Assembly: GCA_050331735.1 (NCBI GenBank)
Contig: JBHJGN010000051.1
Coordinates: 1-64,000, forward strand
DNA from: Cyanophyceae cyanobacterium
GTDB lineage: Bacteria; Cyanobacteriota; Cyanobacteriia; Cyanobacteriales; JBHJGN01
DNA: 64,000 nt
Reading direction: 5' to 3'
Numbering within the stretch: position 1 is the stretch's first letter; every line of letters starts with the position of its first letter. Below, piece by piece: positions 1 to 9,263 of the stretch. The translations under genes were made by a program, and so were the position numbers. The notes under the pieces were generated by a model that was not told the origin of the DNA, made no database searches, and saw nothing but the letters and a program-made list of their open reading frames with translations.

Positions 1-243
1 TACGGTGCGCTTGGCCTGCTGGCTGCGATTGAACTCTTCGGCACTGGCGATGTTGATGTAGTCGTTGTCGCCATCGAACTCGACGACTCCGCCTACTCCT
101 CCTTCCTCGGCGCGAAACTCGGCTCCGTTGCGCAGCTGTCCAGCGTTATCGCTCCCGGCTGGTGAGGTGTCGGCGGCTCGGCTGCCGCTGCCTTCCTCGA
201 ACTCCAGGCGCATGATTAAGCTTTCTTGATTGTCCTCTGTCAT
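1..243 (-). CDS. LamG/concanavalin-like domain protein, 5' part (runs off window start)
   Basis: Manual translation from ATG at 243: MTEDNQESLIMRLEFEEGSGSRAADTSPAGSDNAGQLRNGAEF...VVEFDGDNDYINI...KRTV. Clearly paralogous to the LamG repeat of the neighbouring 1049-aa protein (FNFEEASG...LRNGA...VVDFDETNDY...KRTI). Confidence 0.8.
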   Translation of the reverse strand, partial: MTEDNQESLIMRLEFEEGSGSRAADTSPAGSDNAGQLRNGAEFRAEEGGVGGVVEFDGDNDYINIASAEEFNRSQQAKRTV

Positions 244-737
244 AAATTGAAAATTTCTTAGTAATTAGCTGTGGATGTAGAAGCATCTTCATCAATACAG
301 CCTGACAAACAAATTGTCTGGCTTTTTTAGCTAGAAATACTTTTAAATTGCCAGTAATGGTGATTCAAAAAATACTTCAGACTGCCGATAAAAAACGCGG
401 CAGTGATACTGCTTTATTTTTAAAGCAGTATCGAGTAACTTCGAGTGCTCAAATCGTGCTGCTTTCAATTAATTAGCAAACAATTTAGTAAATAGATAGA
501 GGGGCGCTTTGAATTACTACCAGTATGAAGGACTAAGTTTTTAAAATCAAGGGGTGATAAACTCTGAATTAGCTGATTATTTGTCATTTTCTCTCGACAG
601 GGTAACAAGGATACAGCTAATTATAAAATATTACAGAAATCACTCAAGTTTCTTGATACTTAAACGCCGATAATTTCTGGCCAATTAAGGCAGAATTACC
701 GGCAAAATTAACTAATATTGGTGCGATAGGTACGGAT

Positions 738-3700
738 TTAAACAACAGACAAGCTCACGTCAGAGGATAACATAATCTCCTGGAGAGCATCGTACTTTGG
801 CGAACTCTCTTGATTGATGTGCTCTAAAGTTCCCCAACTTCCCCACTTGCTAGGAATACTAGCGTCGGTGAAGTTAACAAAGGTACTGCCACCTAGCTCA
901 AACCACTTAGCTAGATACTCTTTGTACACTTCTCCCATTCGGGAGTCGCGATTAGCCTCAATAAATAATTGAGTGATTGCGTGATTTTCTTGAACCCCAT
1001 TTTTCCCCACTAGGTGTTGACCCCCTTCGTAGGCGATCAGTTCTAAGTTCTCGCGATTAGCTAGCTCTACATGAGCGTTAATGCCAGCGTAGGCTTTTTG
1101 TAAAGCTCCTCCTTCAGGGCCGTTACTCAGCACTCCCCCTTGGGTAATTTCATCAAATAGCTTATCCAAACCTCCGTCTGGTTTAGTTGTCCAGCTTGCA
1201 ACTTCCTGTTCATGCTGACGTCGACCGAGGTAGCTGCCAAAGTACGGAGCGATCGCAATCGCATCGATCCCATAGTCTTCGTGGGACTTGTCTTCAGAGG
1301 ACCAGGCGTATTCTAGTGCTCGTTCAGCAACCCAAACGTTAGCAGCTTGAGCTCCCATGACTCCGATGACTCGCTCTTGATCGTCGCCAAATACTTCATC
1401 CCATTGCTGTGCAATTTCCGTCGTTCGTTTGCTAAACCAATTAATTTTTTTTTGGGTGTTGCCGTTCTTTGATTCAGGCCATTCTTGTTGACTTTGTTCT
1501 CTAACCCAGTGATGTTGTTCAAATTCTGGGTTCCAAACTTCATTGGAGTACTCAACATAAATTTCTAGATCTGGATCAAGATTCTCTTTGACGTACTGGG
1601 CAAATTTCTGAACGTACTCATCGGTTGCCTGGTGGGGCATAGAAAACCAGGGAGCAGTGTCCAAAAGATTAGCCAGTTCCACCATGCGCTCTACTGATAC
1701 GCCAGCACTCGAAAAAGTGGCGGTTTCTGGAGACGGTCGGTTGCTCCACTCTTTTTGTTCAGAATCAGTTGTCTTCATCCAGTCCATAAACCGGAAAACT
1801 TCAAAATCATTCGCATTCTCGATAAAATCAGGATTAAATATCTCTGCCGTGTAGGTCGCTTCATCGGCTTCTGGCACGATGCGAATGTTGCGAATGTAAT
1901 CTCCTGTTTGATTGGGATCGGTTTCGGTAATTTTGAGATAGATTCCTGAGTTAGAGGGAGTTACCCTCAGCACATCCCTTCCGAGTTGAGAAGCTGCTTC
2001 GTCTTTGCGAGCATCAAACCCGTATTCTATCGTTCCCTCACCGTCGTAGAGAACAATATACTGACCACCAGGATAATCTCCAATATCCCGATGAATTAAC
2101 GTGCCTACGTGGGTATAGGCGAGGGGGTCATCTGCGGCAGGCAAAGATTTAACCCAACCATGCTCATCTAGATCTAGATGCTCGTATTCTCTAGTATCCC
2201 AAATTCCGGGCGTTCCTTGCTCTGGTACAGGAGCTTTTTGAGGTGTCCAGGGCTTGGCCGTCTTAAAAATGTCAAGGAAGGGCAGTTGAGAAGACCAGTG
2301 AGAGATACCAGCTAAATTAGTGCCAATATGCACTGACTTTGGCGGTGGGTCAGCTAGATGAGCAATTTCTGAGGCCGCTAAAGCACGGTTGTATATTTTT
2401 AGCTCATCAACTCGGCCTGCCAATCCGCGAGTTCCGGTACCGCTGACTTCTCCATCGTGAAATTTGGTTGAGCCATTAATGGCTCCCAGACCAATGCCAT
2501 CTCCGTGGGACCATAGTTGAGAGCCTTGACCCTCTTGAAATTTAACTCCATCCAAGTAAGCAGAGAAGACACCAGTCTGGAGAGATTTTGCGCCAGCTTC
2601 GGCATCGAGAACCAGAGCAACATGATGCCAGGTATTAGAAGCGATCGCCTCGGTGCTTAGATAAGTCCCCTTCCAGCCACTCTCTGTGGTTGGTTGATTC
2701 CAGCCTCCGACATACAGCCGTCCGTTTTCTACATAGATATTTAGTCCCCGTCCGGTTCCTCCTTCTTCATAAATAACTTGTTTGCTGCTAGCATCCTTAT
2801 TATCTAGGTTGAACCAAAGTAAAATCGTGCGCTTGGCGTGAGTGCCGAGGTTGATCTCAGCAGAACTGCTGAGCTTGACATAATCGTTAGTCTCGTCGAA
2901 GTCAACAACTCCAGGAGTTTGGTTACCAAATTTACTGTCGATTAATTGGGCCCCGTTGCGGAGTTTTCCTAAGTGATCTGTGCCGGAGAAAGATGAATCT
3001 GTGAGCTGGTTTCCACTGGCTTCCTCAAAGTTGAAGTACGCAACGAGGTTATCTGCTGACGCATCGTCTGTTTCTGCTGCAAGCTCAGCGGTCAGAGCTA
3101 TCTCCTGGGGGCTTAAAGCGCGGTTGTACACTTGTACGTTATCTATCAGACCGCTAAAGCTTTTAGTCCCCGTACCGGAAGCTAGGCCGTCATGAAATCT
3201 GGTTTGTTGATTAATAGCGCCGAGCCCAAGATCGTCACTGTGAGACCACAGCTGAGAACCCTGTCCCTGACCAAACTGTTTTCCGTCTAGATAAGCCGCA
3301 AATACTCGATCTTGAACCCTTTTTTTCCCCTCCTCAGCATCGAGCACGACCACAACGTGATGCCATGTATTTGAGGCGATCGCCTCAGTAGCAAGATAAG
3401 TCCCCTTCCAGCCGCTTTCTGTAGCGGGTCGATTCCACCCACCTGCATAGAGTTGGCCTTTGTCTATGTAGATGTTAAGTCCGCGGGCACTGCCTCCTTC
3501 TTCGTAAAGAACTTGTTTACGGCTAGAATTTTTGTCATCAACTTTAACCCAAAGCGAGACTGACCGCTGAGCCTGGATGCTTAAGTTAGTATCTGATGAA
3601 TCGTTGACGTGAATAAAATCATCTATCCCATCAAAAACGGCAACGTTACCCAACAACGAGTTAGAAAAAATAACGGCGGTTCCATTGCGTAATTCACCTG

Positions 3701-3887
3701 AATTTTCTGCCAGCAACGAATCTTTTCCTAGGCCTGAAAGATTTTCAAAACTTAGATTTAGAACTAAATTATCAAGCAATTCACTGACAAGCGGTTCAGA
3801 AGCCAACCCACCAATCAGAGGTTCATCGAAAGATAGACTTGAACCTCCAAAATTACCTAAAACATTATTTTCTGATTTGTCTAACAT
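738..3887 (-). CDS. Large protein with two LamG-like domains and a C-terminal putative glycoside hydrolase/cellulose-binding-type domain
   Basis: Two internal repeats (KQVLYEEGG..RGLNIY...WHHV...YLDG...YNRAL). C-terminal domain has GTNL, RFMDW, YVEYSNEVWN, AIAPYF and YEGGQH motifs typical of TIM-barrel glycan-active proteins. Confidence 0.75.
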   Translation of the reverse strand: MLDKSENNVLGNFGGSSLSFDEPLIGGLASEPLVSELLDNLVLNLSFENLSGLGKDSLLAENSGELRNGTAVIFSNSLLGNVAVFDGIDDFIHVNDSSDTNLSIQAQRSVSLWVKVDDKNSSRKQVLYEEGGSARGLNIYIDKGQLYAGGWNRPATESGWKGTYLATEAIASNTWHHVVVVLDAEEGKKRVQDRVFAAYLDGKQFGQGQGSQLWSHSDDLGLGAINQQTRFHDGLASGTGTKSFSGLIDNVQVYNRALSPQEIALTAELAAETDDASADNLVAYFNFEEASGNQLTDSSFSGTDHLGKLRNGAQLIDSKFGNQTPGVVDFDETNDYVKLSSSAEINLGTHAKRTILLWFNLDNKDASSKQVIYEEGGTGRGLNIYVENGRLYVGGWNQPTTESGWKGTYLSTEAIASNTWHHVALVLDAEAGAKSLQTGVFSAYLDGVKFQEGQGSQLWSHGDGIGLGAINGSTKFHDGEVSGTGTRGLAGRVDELKIYNRALAASEIAHLADPPPKSVHIGTNLAGISHWSSQLPFLDIFKTAKPWTPQKAPVPEQGTPGIWDTREYEHLDLDEHGWVKSLPAADDPLAYTHVGTLIHRDIGDYPGGQYIVLYDGEGTIEYGFDARKDEAASQLGRDVLRVTPSNSGIYLKITETDPNQTGDYIRNIRIVPEADEATYTAEIFNPDFIENANDFEVFRFMDWMKTTDSEQKEWSNRPSPETATFSSAGVSVERMVELANLLDTAPWFSMPHQATDEYVQKFAQYVKENLDPDLEIYVEYSNEVWNPEFEQHHWVREQSQQEWPESKNGNTQKKINWFSKRTTEIAQQWDEVFGDDQERVIGVMGAQAANVWVAERALEYAWSSEDKSHEDYGIDAIAIAPYFGSYLGRRQHEQEVASWTTKPDGGLDKLFDEITQGGVLSNGPEGGALQKAYAGINAHVELANRENLELIAYEGGQHLVGKNGVQENHAITQLFIEANRDSRMGEVYKEYLAKWFELGGSTFVNFTDASIPSKWGSWGTLEHINQESSPKYDALQEIMLSSDVSLSVV

Positions 3888-4825
3888 CTGTTCTCGAATA
3901 TATACGTGCAGTTTATTTGCAAAGCTCTAGGAACCCTGCTTCAAATAATTTCAGGTCGTTTAATTAACAAAAGGCTTTGTATTCAGCGATTTTTTAGGTT
4001 GTCGTCTTATAGTATCTCTAAGCAAACCTCGACATGAATCCGTTTTTACACCGATTCTTTAACATCAAAGCAAGCTTCGCTTAGTCAATCTTGACCATTG
4101 AAAGTTCTTGGAATTTGACCAATTGAACGAGGATTAACTTACAAAAACTTATAACAAGGTCCGGGCAGCACCATTTAAGACCAGTAAAAAATTTAGGCTG
4201 CACGTAGATAAAGTGTTGCTGCCAAACTCAGCTACAGCACTCAGCAGGTCAATGAATTAATAGAGAACCACCATCTGCCTTCTCTGTCTAAAGAAACAGA
4301 AAGCCAAACTTCAAGCACTTTATTCTTCGGAGGAATAGCAGTGCTTAAACTAACAAAGGACACAATCGCCGACAATAGAGACAAACCTATTTCATTCTGT
4401 GCGTTCAGTTTTTTTCTAGCTAGTGCCGCATAAATTTATGCTTGAGTAATAAACATACTAAAGCTTGAAACTGATCCTGCCAGAATCATCATGTGATTTT
4501 TAATATGTACTTGTTTGTAAGGTAATCAAGTATAGTAAATTTTGTTGCTAATACTAAAACGCCTAACAATAGTGCTATGCTCTAAAATTAATGACTACAT
4601 GAAGCGGTTTGACAAAGTTACATTTGGCTACACACAGCTTGAACTATTTTATTAATATCAAAGCGCTTAAGGCGACGTTGCTTAGAACAAAATTGTGCTT
4701 CAACCGATTATTGCTTCAAATCTGTTCCTTGCCAAAAATCGAACGAAGCGAACAGCTCATCAAGCTCAAATCGCTATATTATTCGTACTATTATAAATGA
4801 AGTTTTCAGAGAATAGCCACAAAAG

Positions 4826-5386
4826 ATGTTCGAGCAAGACCTGTCAGCAACTAGAGACTCAGAAGCCTGTTCTTTAAACCTTTGGCAGCAAATTCAGGAA
4901 GATTGGATTGCTCACGGTCGAGACTGGACAAAACCGGGGTTTAGAGCAGTAGCCGTTTGCCGCTTTGGTGCTTGGAGAATGCAGATTAAACCAAAGCTGC
5001 TTCGTGCTCCTTTTAGTCTTTTCTACAAAGCCCTATATCGCAAGGTGAGAAATACGTATGGAATTGAAATTCCTGATACTGTCAAGCTGGGTCGCCGTGT
5101 CGTGATCGAACATCAAAGCGCCATTGTTATTCATGGAGATAGTGTCATTGGAGATGACTGTATTATTCGTCAGGGCGTTACTATTGGCAATCGATACCTA
5201 GAACGTCCGTTTGATGCTCCAAAACTTGGTAAGCGCGTTAACGTTGGCGCTGGTTCTAAACTTTTCGGAAATATCTTAATTGGGGATGGCGCTAAAATCG
5301 GAGCTAATGCAGTCGTTCTCTGTGATGTGCCGTCAGAGGCAACGGCAGTAGGCATACCTGCTAAAGTCATTCAAACTACTCAGTAG
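4826..5386 (+). CDS. Serine O-acetyltransferase-like (CysE/WcaB family) hexapeptide acyltransferase, probably polysaccharide-related
   Basis: Left-handed beta-helix repeats (IGDDCIIRQGVTIG, VGAGSKLFGNILIGDGAKIGANAVV) and C-terminal VGIPAK. Confidence 0.85.
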   Translation: MFEQDLSATRDSEACSLNLWQQIQEDWIAHGRDWTKPGFRAVAVCRFGAWRMQIKPKLLRAPFSLFYKALYRKVRNTYGIEIPDTVKLGRRVVIEHQSAIVIHGDSVIGDDCIIRQGVTIGNRYLERPFDAPKLGKRVNVGAGSKLFGNILIGDGAKIGANAVVLCDVPSEATAVGIPAKVIQTTQ

Positions 5387-5483
5387 GATGAAAACGCTTG
5401 AGCAGTGTGATGTCTCCTTCATTGGAACAACTAGAACAAGCTAAGATATGGCAGATATCGTTTCATAACCTTCTCAAGATCAA

Positions 5484-6536
5484 ATGTCACCGAGTATCAG
5501 TATTGGGATACTAGCCTACAATGAATCTGCTTCGATTCAAAAAACCCTGGAGTCATTGTTCGAGCAAAGTTTGATTAATGACTTTCGGTTGTGCGAGAAC
5601 GTAGAGCTAGTAGTTGTGCCTAACGGCTGCACCGACAACACGGCCGATCTTTGTCGTCACTTACTAGACAAGCTTGTTAGTCACTCTCCTCATCCTCGTC
5701 TTTCCTGGAAAGTTTGTGAAGTAGCACAACCTGGAAAGAGTAATGCCTGGAATCTTTATGTTCATCAATTCTCTGGCTCTGAGGCTCAGTCCCTATTTCT
5801 GATGGATGCTGATATTCAGTTCCTCGGCTCGCATACTCTGTGGAACATGCTCAAAATTTTGGAGGAAAATGCCGATGCCTGGATTGCTACGGACTTGCCA
5901 GTTAAAGATATCGATTTTAAGAACAAGAAAAACCTGATGGAGCGCCTATCTGCCCAAACGGCGGGTTCTGATATTCACGATATCTGCGGACAGCTTTACT
6001 GTGGTCGTGCTGACATATTGCGGAAAATCTGGCTGCCGCTCGATCTGATTGTTGAAGACGGCTTTCTTCGGGCTATGATTCTTACCGATCGCTTTACATC
6101 CCCAGAGAACTTGGATAGGATTCGACGTGCCTCTGATGCTTCCCATACATTTGAGGCTTACACCACAGTTTCTTCTTTGATAAAACATGAAAAGGGAATT
6201 GTCGTTGGCATTGTCATCAATGCGCTAATTTATCACTATCTGTGGGCAAACTGCAACAGCCAACAGGATGCTGGCTCGCTGATTAAGTTCAATAATGAAC
6301 AGAATCCACTTTGGGTTCGCGGTCTGATCCAACAAACCAGAGATCAGCAAGGGTGGTGGCTGATTCCACGCTCTATGCTATCTCGGCGGTTCCGTCGATT
6401 GCGCTATTCTACTCCCCTGAAAGCGGCCCTTAAACTTCCCTTTACGGGGCTTGCTTCTTTAGTAGATCTAATGGTTTTTTTTCAAGCTAACATCGAAATT
6501 CACAAGCGCGGGGGAGTGGGTTACTGGTGGAATTGA
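5484..6536 (+). CDS. Glycosyltransferase family 2
   Basis: N-terminal ISIGILAYNE, NGCTDNT, GKSNAWN, DAD (DxD) and ED motifs. Confidence 0.85.
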   Translation: MSPSISIGILAYNESASIQKTLESLFEQSLINDFRLCENVELVVVPNGCTDNTADLCRHLLDKLVSHSPHPRLSWKVCEVAQPGKSNAWNLYVHQFSGSEAQSLFLMDADIQFLGSHTLWNMLKILEENADAWIATDLPVKDIDFKNKKNLMERLSAQTAGSDIHDICGQLYCGRADILRKIWLPLDLIVEDGFLRAMILTDRFTSPENLDRIRRASDASHTFEAYTTVSSLIKHEKGIVVGIVINALIYHYLWANCNSQQDAGSLIKFNNEQNPLWVRGLIQQTRDQQGWWLIPRSMLSRRFRRLRYSTPLKAALKLPFTGLASLVDLMVFFQANIEIHKRGGVGYWWN

Positions 6537-6548
6537 TGGTTGTGCTCA

Positions 6549-9179
6549 TTAGTTTTTGAACGACCGTTCTGCTACCCTAGCCTGCCTCAAAACCGTCCGT
6601 TCTCCGTAGTCAATCAACCGCTCCAGTCCCTCCAAACGATTTTCCCATACCTCTACCTGGTAAGGCTGCTGCTGTGAGTAAGGCTTCATCCAGAGGGGAA
6701 ACTGGCCCCGAAACTTTGTCAGAGCCAGTTGGGCTGTCAGTAGGTTTTGCTGCGTCGGCTGATCTGCCAAGCGATTGAGCACAACAGCAAGATGATCGGC
6801 TTGTTCTCCCCATTCTTGGAGCTCGTTCTGCTCCAGAATAAGCTGACGCTCTGAGAGGAGAAAGCTCCACTCCTGCTGTAAGGACTGATAGCGCAGGGCG
6901 GATGCCTGAAAAGGCTGACGGTGAGGCAGCACAGAAGAGGCGGTTCCGGCGCGGCTAAAGATTGTTTGCAGATGAGGCTGCAAGTTTTCGGCAGCAAACA
7001 GAGCGTATCCCCCCGTGGGCAGATCTCGCAGAAGCTGCATCTGGTCAACGGCGATCGCCTCCGGTAGGTTCAATAGCCGAATCCCTGGGAGAATCAGCGC
7101 TGAACTGGCAACATCGTTTACCAAAGGCTGAGCCAGCTCCCGGAGCTCCTCCGTCTCCAGGGCATAGGTCATCGGTACAACCCAGTCGATCCACTCCTGC
7201 TGTGCCCAATGCTCCCAATTCTGCTGAAGCACCGAGAGCCGTTCGGTTCGGGGCATCGGAAACACAGCGGTAGAAAGAATCAAATCGGGTCGGAGCTGCT
7301 TGAGCTGTTGGGAAATGGTGGCGACAGCTCGATCGACCTGCTGAGTACGAAACTGAACCCATTGCGTCCACAGGGGATGAACGGGAGACAGGGAGATGGG
7401 ATCCACGCCTGTCTGTTGGCGAAATTGATTCCGTGAAACGGTGCTATAGCCGGAGGTTTGATCGACGAGCGGGTTCTGAAACGGATAGCGGATGTAGTCG
7501 AGGTGAATGCCGTCTACATCGTACTGGGTAGCAATTTCCTCAACCAAAGCCAGCAGGTAGGCTCGCACCTCTGGGTTCGCCGGATCGAAAAACGCTTTTT
7601 TAGAACTGGAGTGAAAGACATGACCCCGCCGATTGGACATCGCCCAGTCAGGGTGCAGCGTCAGCACCGGACCCAAATAATTTGTTGGCTGCCCCAGAAT
7701 AACGTTGTGGCGCTGGTTAGCAGCGGCAAACATCCATACCCAGGCGTGGAGTTCCAGGCCGCGTTCGTGAGCTAGCTTAACGGCAGCCTTAAGGGGATCC
7801 CAGCCTTCGGTCAAGATGTTCTGCTGAGGAGCCACGCGACTCGGATAAATCGGATAGCTAGCATTCACCGTCTCGAAAAACACCGTGTTGATTCCGGCAG
7901 CGGCCAGACGATCGAACAGTTGCGCTAACTCCGATTCTGACTGCGACTGCACAATGGTGCCTCGGTCTAGCCAAATGGCGCGGATTTCTGGCTGTGTCCC
8001 CTGATGTTCAATCGGATAGCGCTCCCAAAGCAGCCGTCGGGCCTCAATCCACTCCTGCTTAGCGGTTTGATAGTCTCGTTGCTCAATTAGCTGTAGAAAA
8101 CGCTGATGTTTGCTTCTCGCTGCTTCCAGGGTTTGCTGGGAAGTAAGGCTCTTCTGAGCTGTCTGCTGGGGAGCTGCCTTCTCATTCCGGTTCAGGAACG
8201 CAATCACCTCTGCTAAAGGAGGATTGGGACCATAGTGGACGGCACGAGCTCGTAACAGAGCACTTTGAAAGCGACCGATGAGGTCTTCCAACTCTTGACT
8301 CATTTCCAGAGCCTGAGCCGAAGAAATCGCTCCGCGATGAGCAGGCTCAATCTGCTCCTGCTCCTGTAAAGACATCGAGCGACCTGCTTCGGACGACGCA
8401 GCCGTGGTTGGAACGGCTTGCTCTGGCAGCGGCTCGGCGACTGGATGACAGGGGATGGGGGGTGAGGGCGAGACTGCCGCCACCTGGTAGCGCCGCAGAA
8501 CGGCCTGGAGCCAGGCCGCATCTAGGGTAGCGGAGGCTACTGTATCACTTCCCCAGCTCCAGCCGAGAAAAGTGGTATTCCTCGTGGTCACAACGGCTGG
8601 CGGTTTTCCCTCAGCCGCCCAAACGGCTACCGTTTCGCTGTTGAGAGCGGCTGGCAGCACTACGCCACCCTTAAACGTATCCGCGAGGTTCTGCTGTAAC
8701 CACGGCTGTTGTCCGGTTGGTAAAGGTTCTAGAGTTGAGGGAGCGGCAATCGGAAACCCCCAGTAGGCCCCAAATAGCGATCGCAACTGGGAGCGGATTT
8801 CTGGCTGAGATAAACTCCCCGTCGGACCAGTGACAATCACTTTGCCGCCCTGGTCCATCCACTGCGCCAGCGATCCGACCTGCTCCTGGTTTAGCGTACT
8901 GACGTTGGGCAATAACAGTACGCTAACGTCGTCTAGATCCGTCGGCTGCTGCCAGCTAGCGGCTTCCACAATGCAGTAGTTCACCGAGGCACTTTCCAGC
9001 CGCTCGGCAATTGCTGACCACTGCCTAGCATTGTCTTGGCTTCTCACGACTCCGATTCTCGATGCCTTCGCTTCAGCACCAGTACTCAAGACCAAAAATG
9101 CAGTCAGCGCGGCCCCTTTTCCCACAAATTTGTCAAGCTGAGTCAACAACCGCGCTTTCTCTAGAAATCTAGTCAACAC
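6549..9179 (-). CDS. Family 10 glycosyl hydrolase-like (GHL10/DUF187) protein with N-terminal glutamine-amidotransferase-like domain
   Basis: EIRAIWLD, GINTVFFET, AHERGLELHAW, YDVDGIHLDYIRYP and PMTY motifs. Confidence 0.85.
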   Translation of the reverse strand: MLTRFLEKARLLTQLDKFVGKGAALTAFLVLSTGAEAKASRIGVVRSQDNARQWSAIAERLESASVNYCIVEAASWQQPTDLDDVSVLLLPNVSTLNQEQVGSLAQWMDQGGKVIVTGPTGSLSQPEIRSQLRSLFGAYWGFPIAAPSTLEPLPTGQQPWLQQNLADTFKGGVVLPAALNSETVAVWAAEGKPPAVVTTRNTTFLGWSWGSDTVASATLDAAWLQAVLRRYQVAAVSPSPPIPCHPVAEPLPEQAVPTTAASSEAGRSMSLQEQEQIEPAHRGAISSAQALEMSQELEDLIGRFQSALLRARAVHYGPNPPLAEVIAFLNRNEKAAPQQTAQKSLTSQQTLEAARSKHQRFLQLIEQRDYQTAKQEWIEARRLLWERYPIEHQGTQPEIRAIWLDRGTIVQSQSESELAQLFDRLAAAGINTVFFETVNASYPIYPSRVAPQQNILTEGWDPLKAAVKLAHERGLELHAWVWMFAAANQRHNVILGQPTNYLGPVLTLHPDWAMSNRRGHVFHSSSKKAFFDPANPEVRAYLLALVEEIATQYDVDGIHLDYIRYPFQNPLVDQTSGYSTVSRNQFRQQTGVDPISLSPVHPLWTQWVQFRTQQVDRAVATISQQLKQLRPDLILSTAVFPMPRTERLSVLQQNWEHWAQQEWIDWVVPMTYALETEELRELAQPLVNDVASSALILPGIRLLNLPEAIAVDQMQLLRDLPTGGYALFAAENLQPHLQTIFSRAGTASSVLPHRQPFQASALRYQSLQQEWSFLLSERQLILEQNELQEWGEQADHLAVVLNRLADQPTQQNLLTAQLALTKFRGQFPLWMKPYSQQQPYQVEVWENRLEGLERLIDYGERTVLRQARVAERSFKN

Positions 9180-9263
9180 CAGCGGCTTCCTTCATTTTTA
9201 CTGTTTTTTTACTTCAGCTTCCTATAATCAAAAGCTGGCCTGTCCAGTATATCCGACGGCTCT

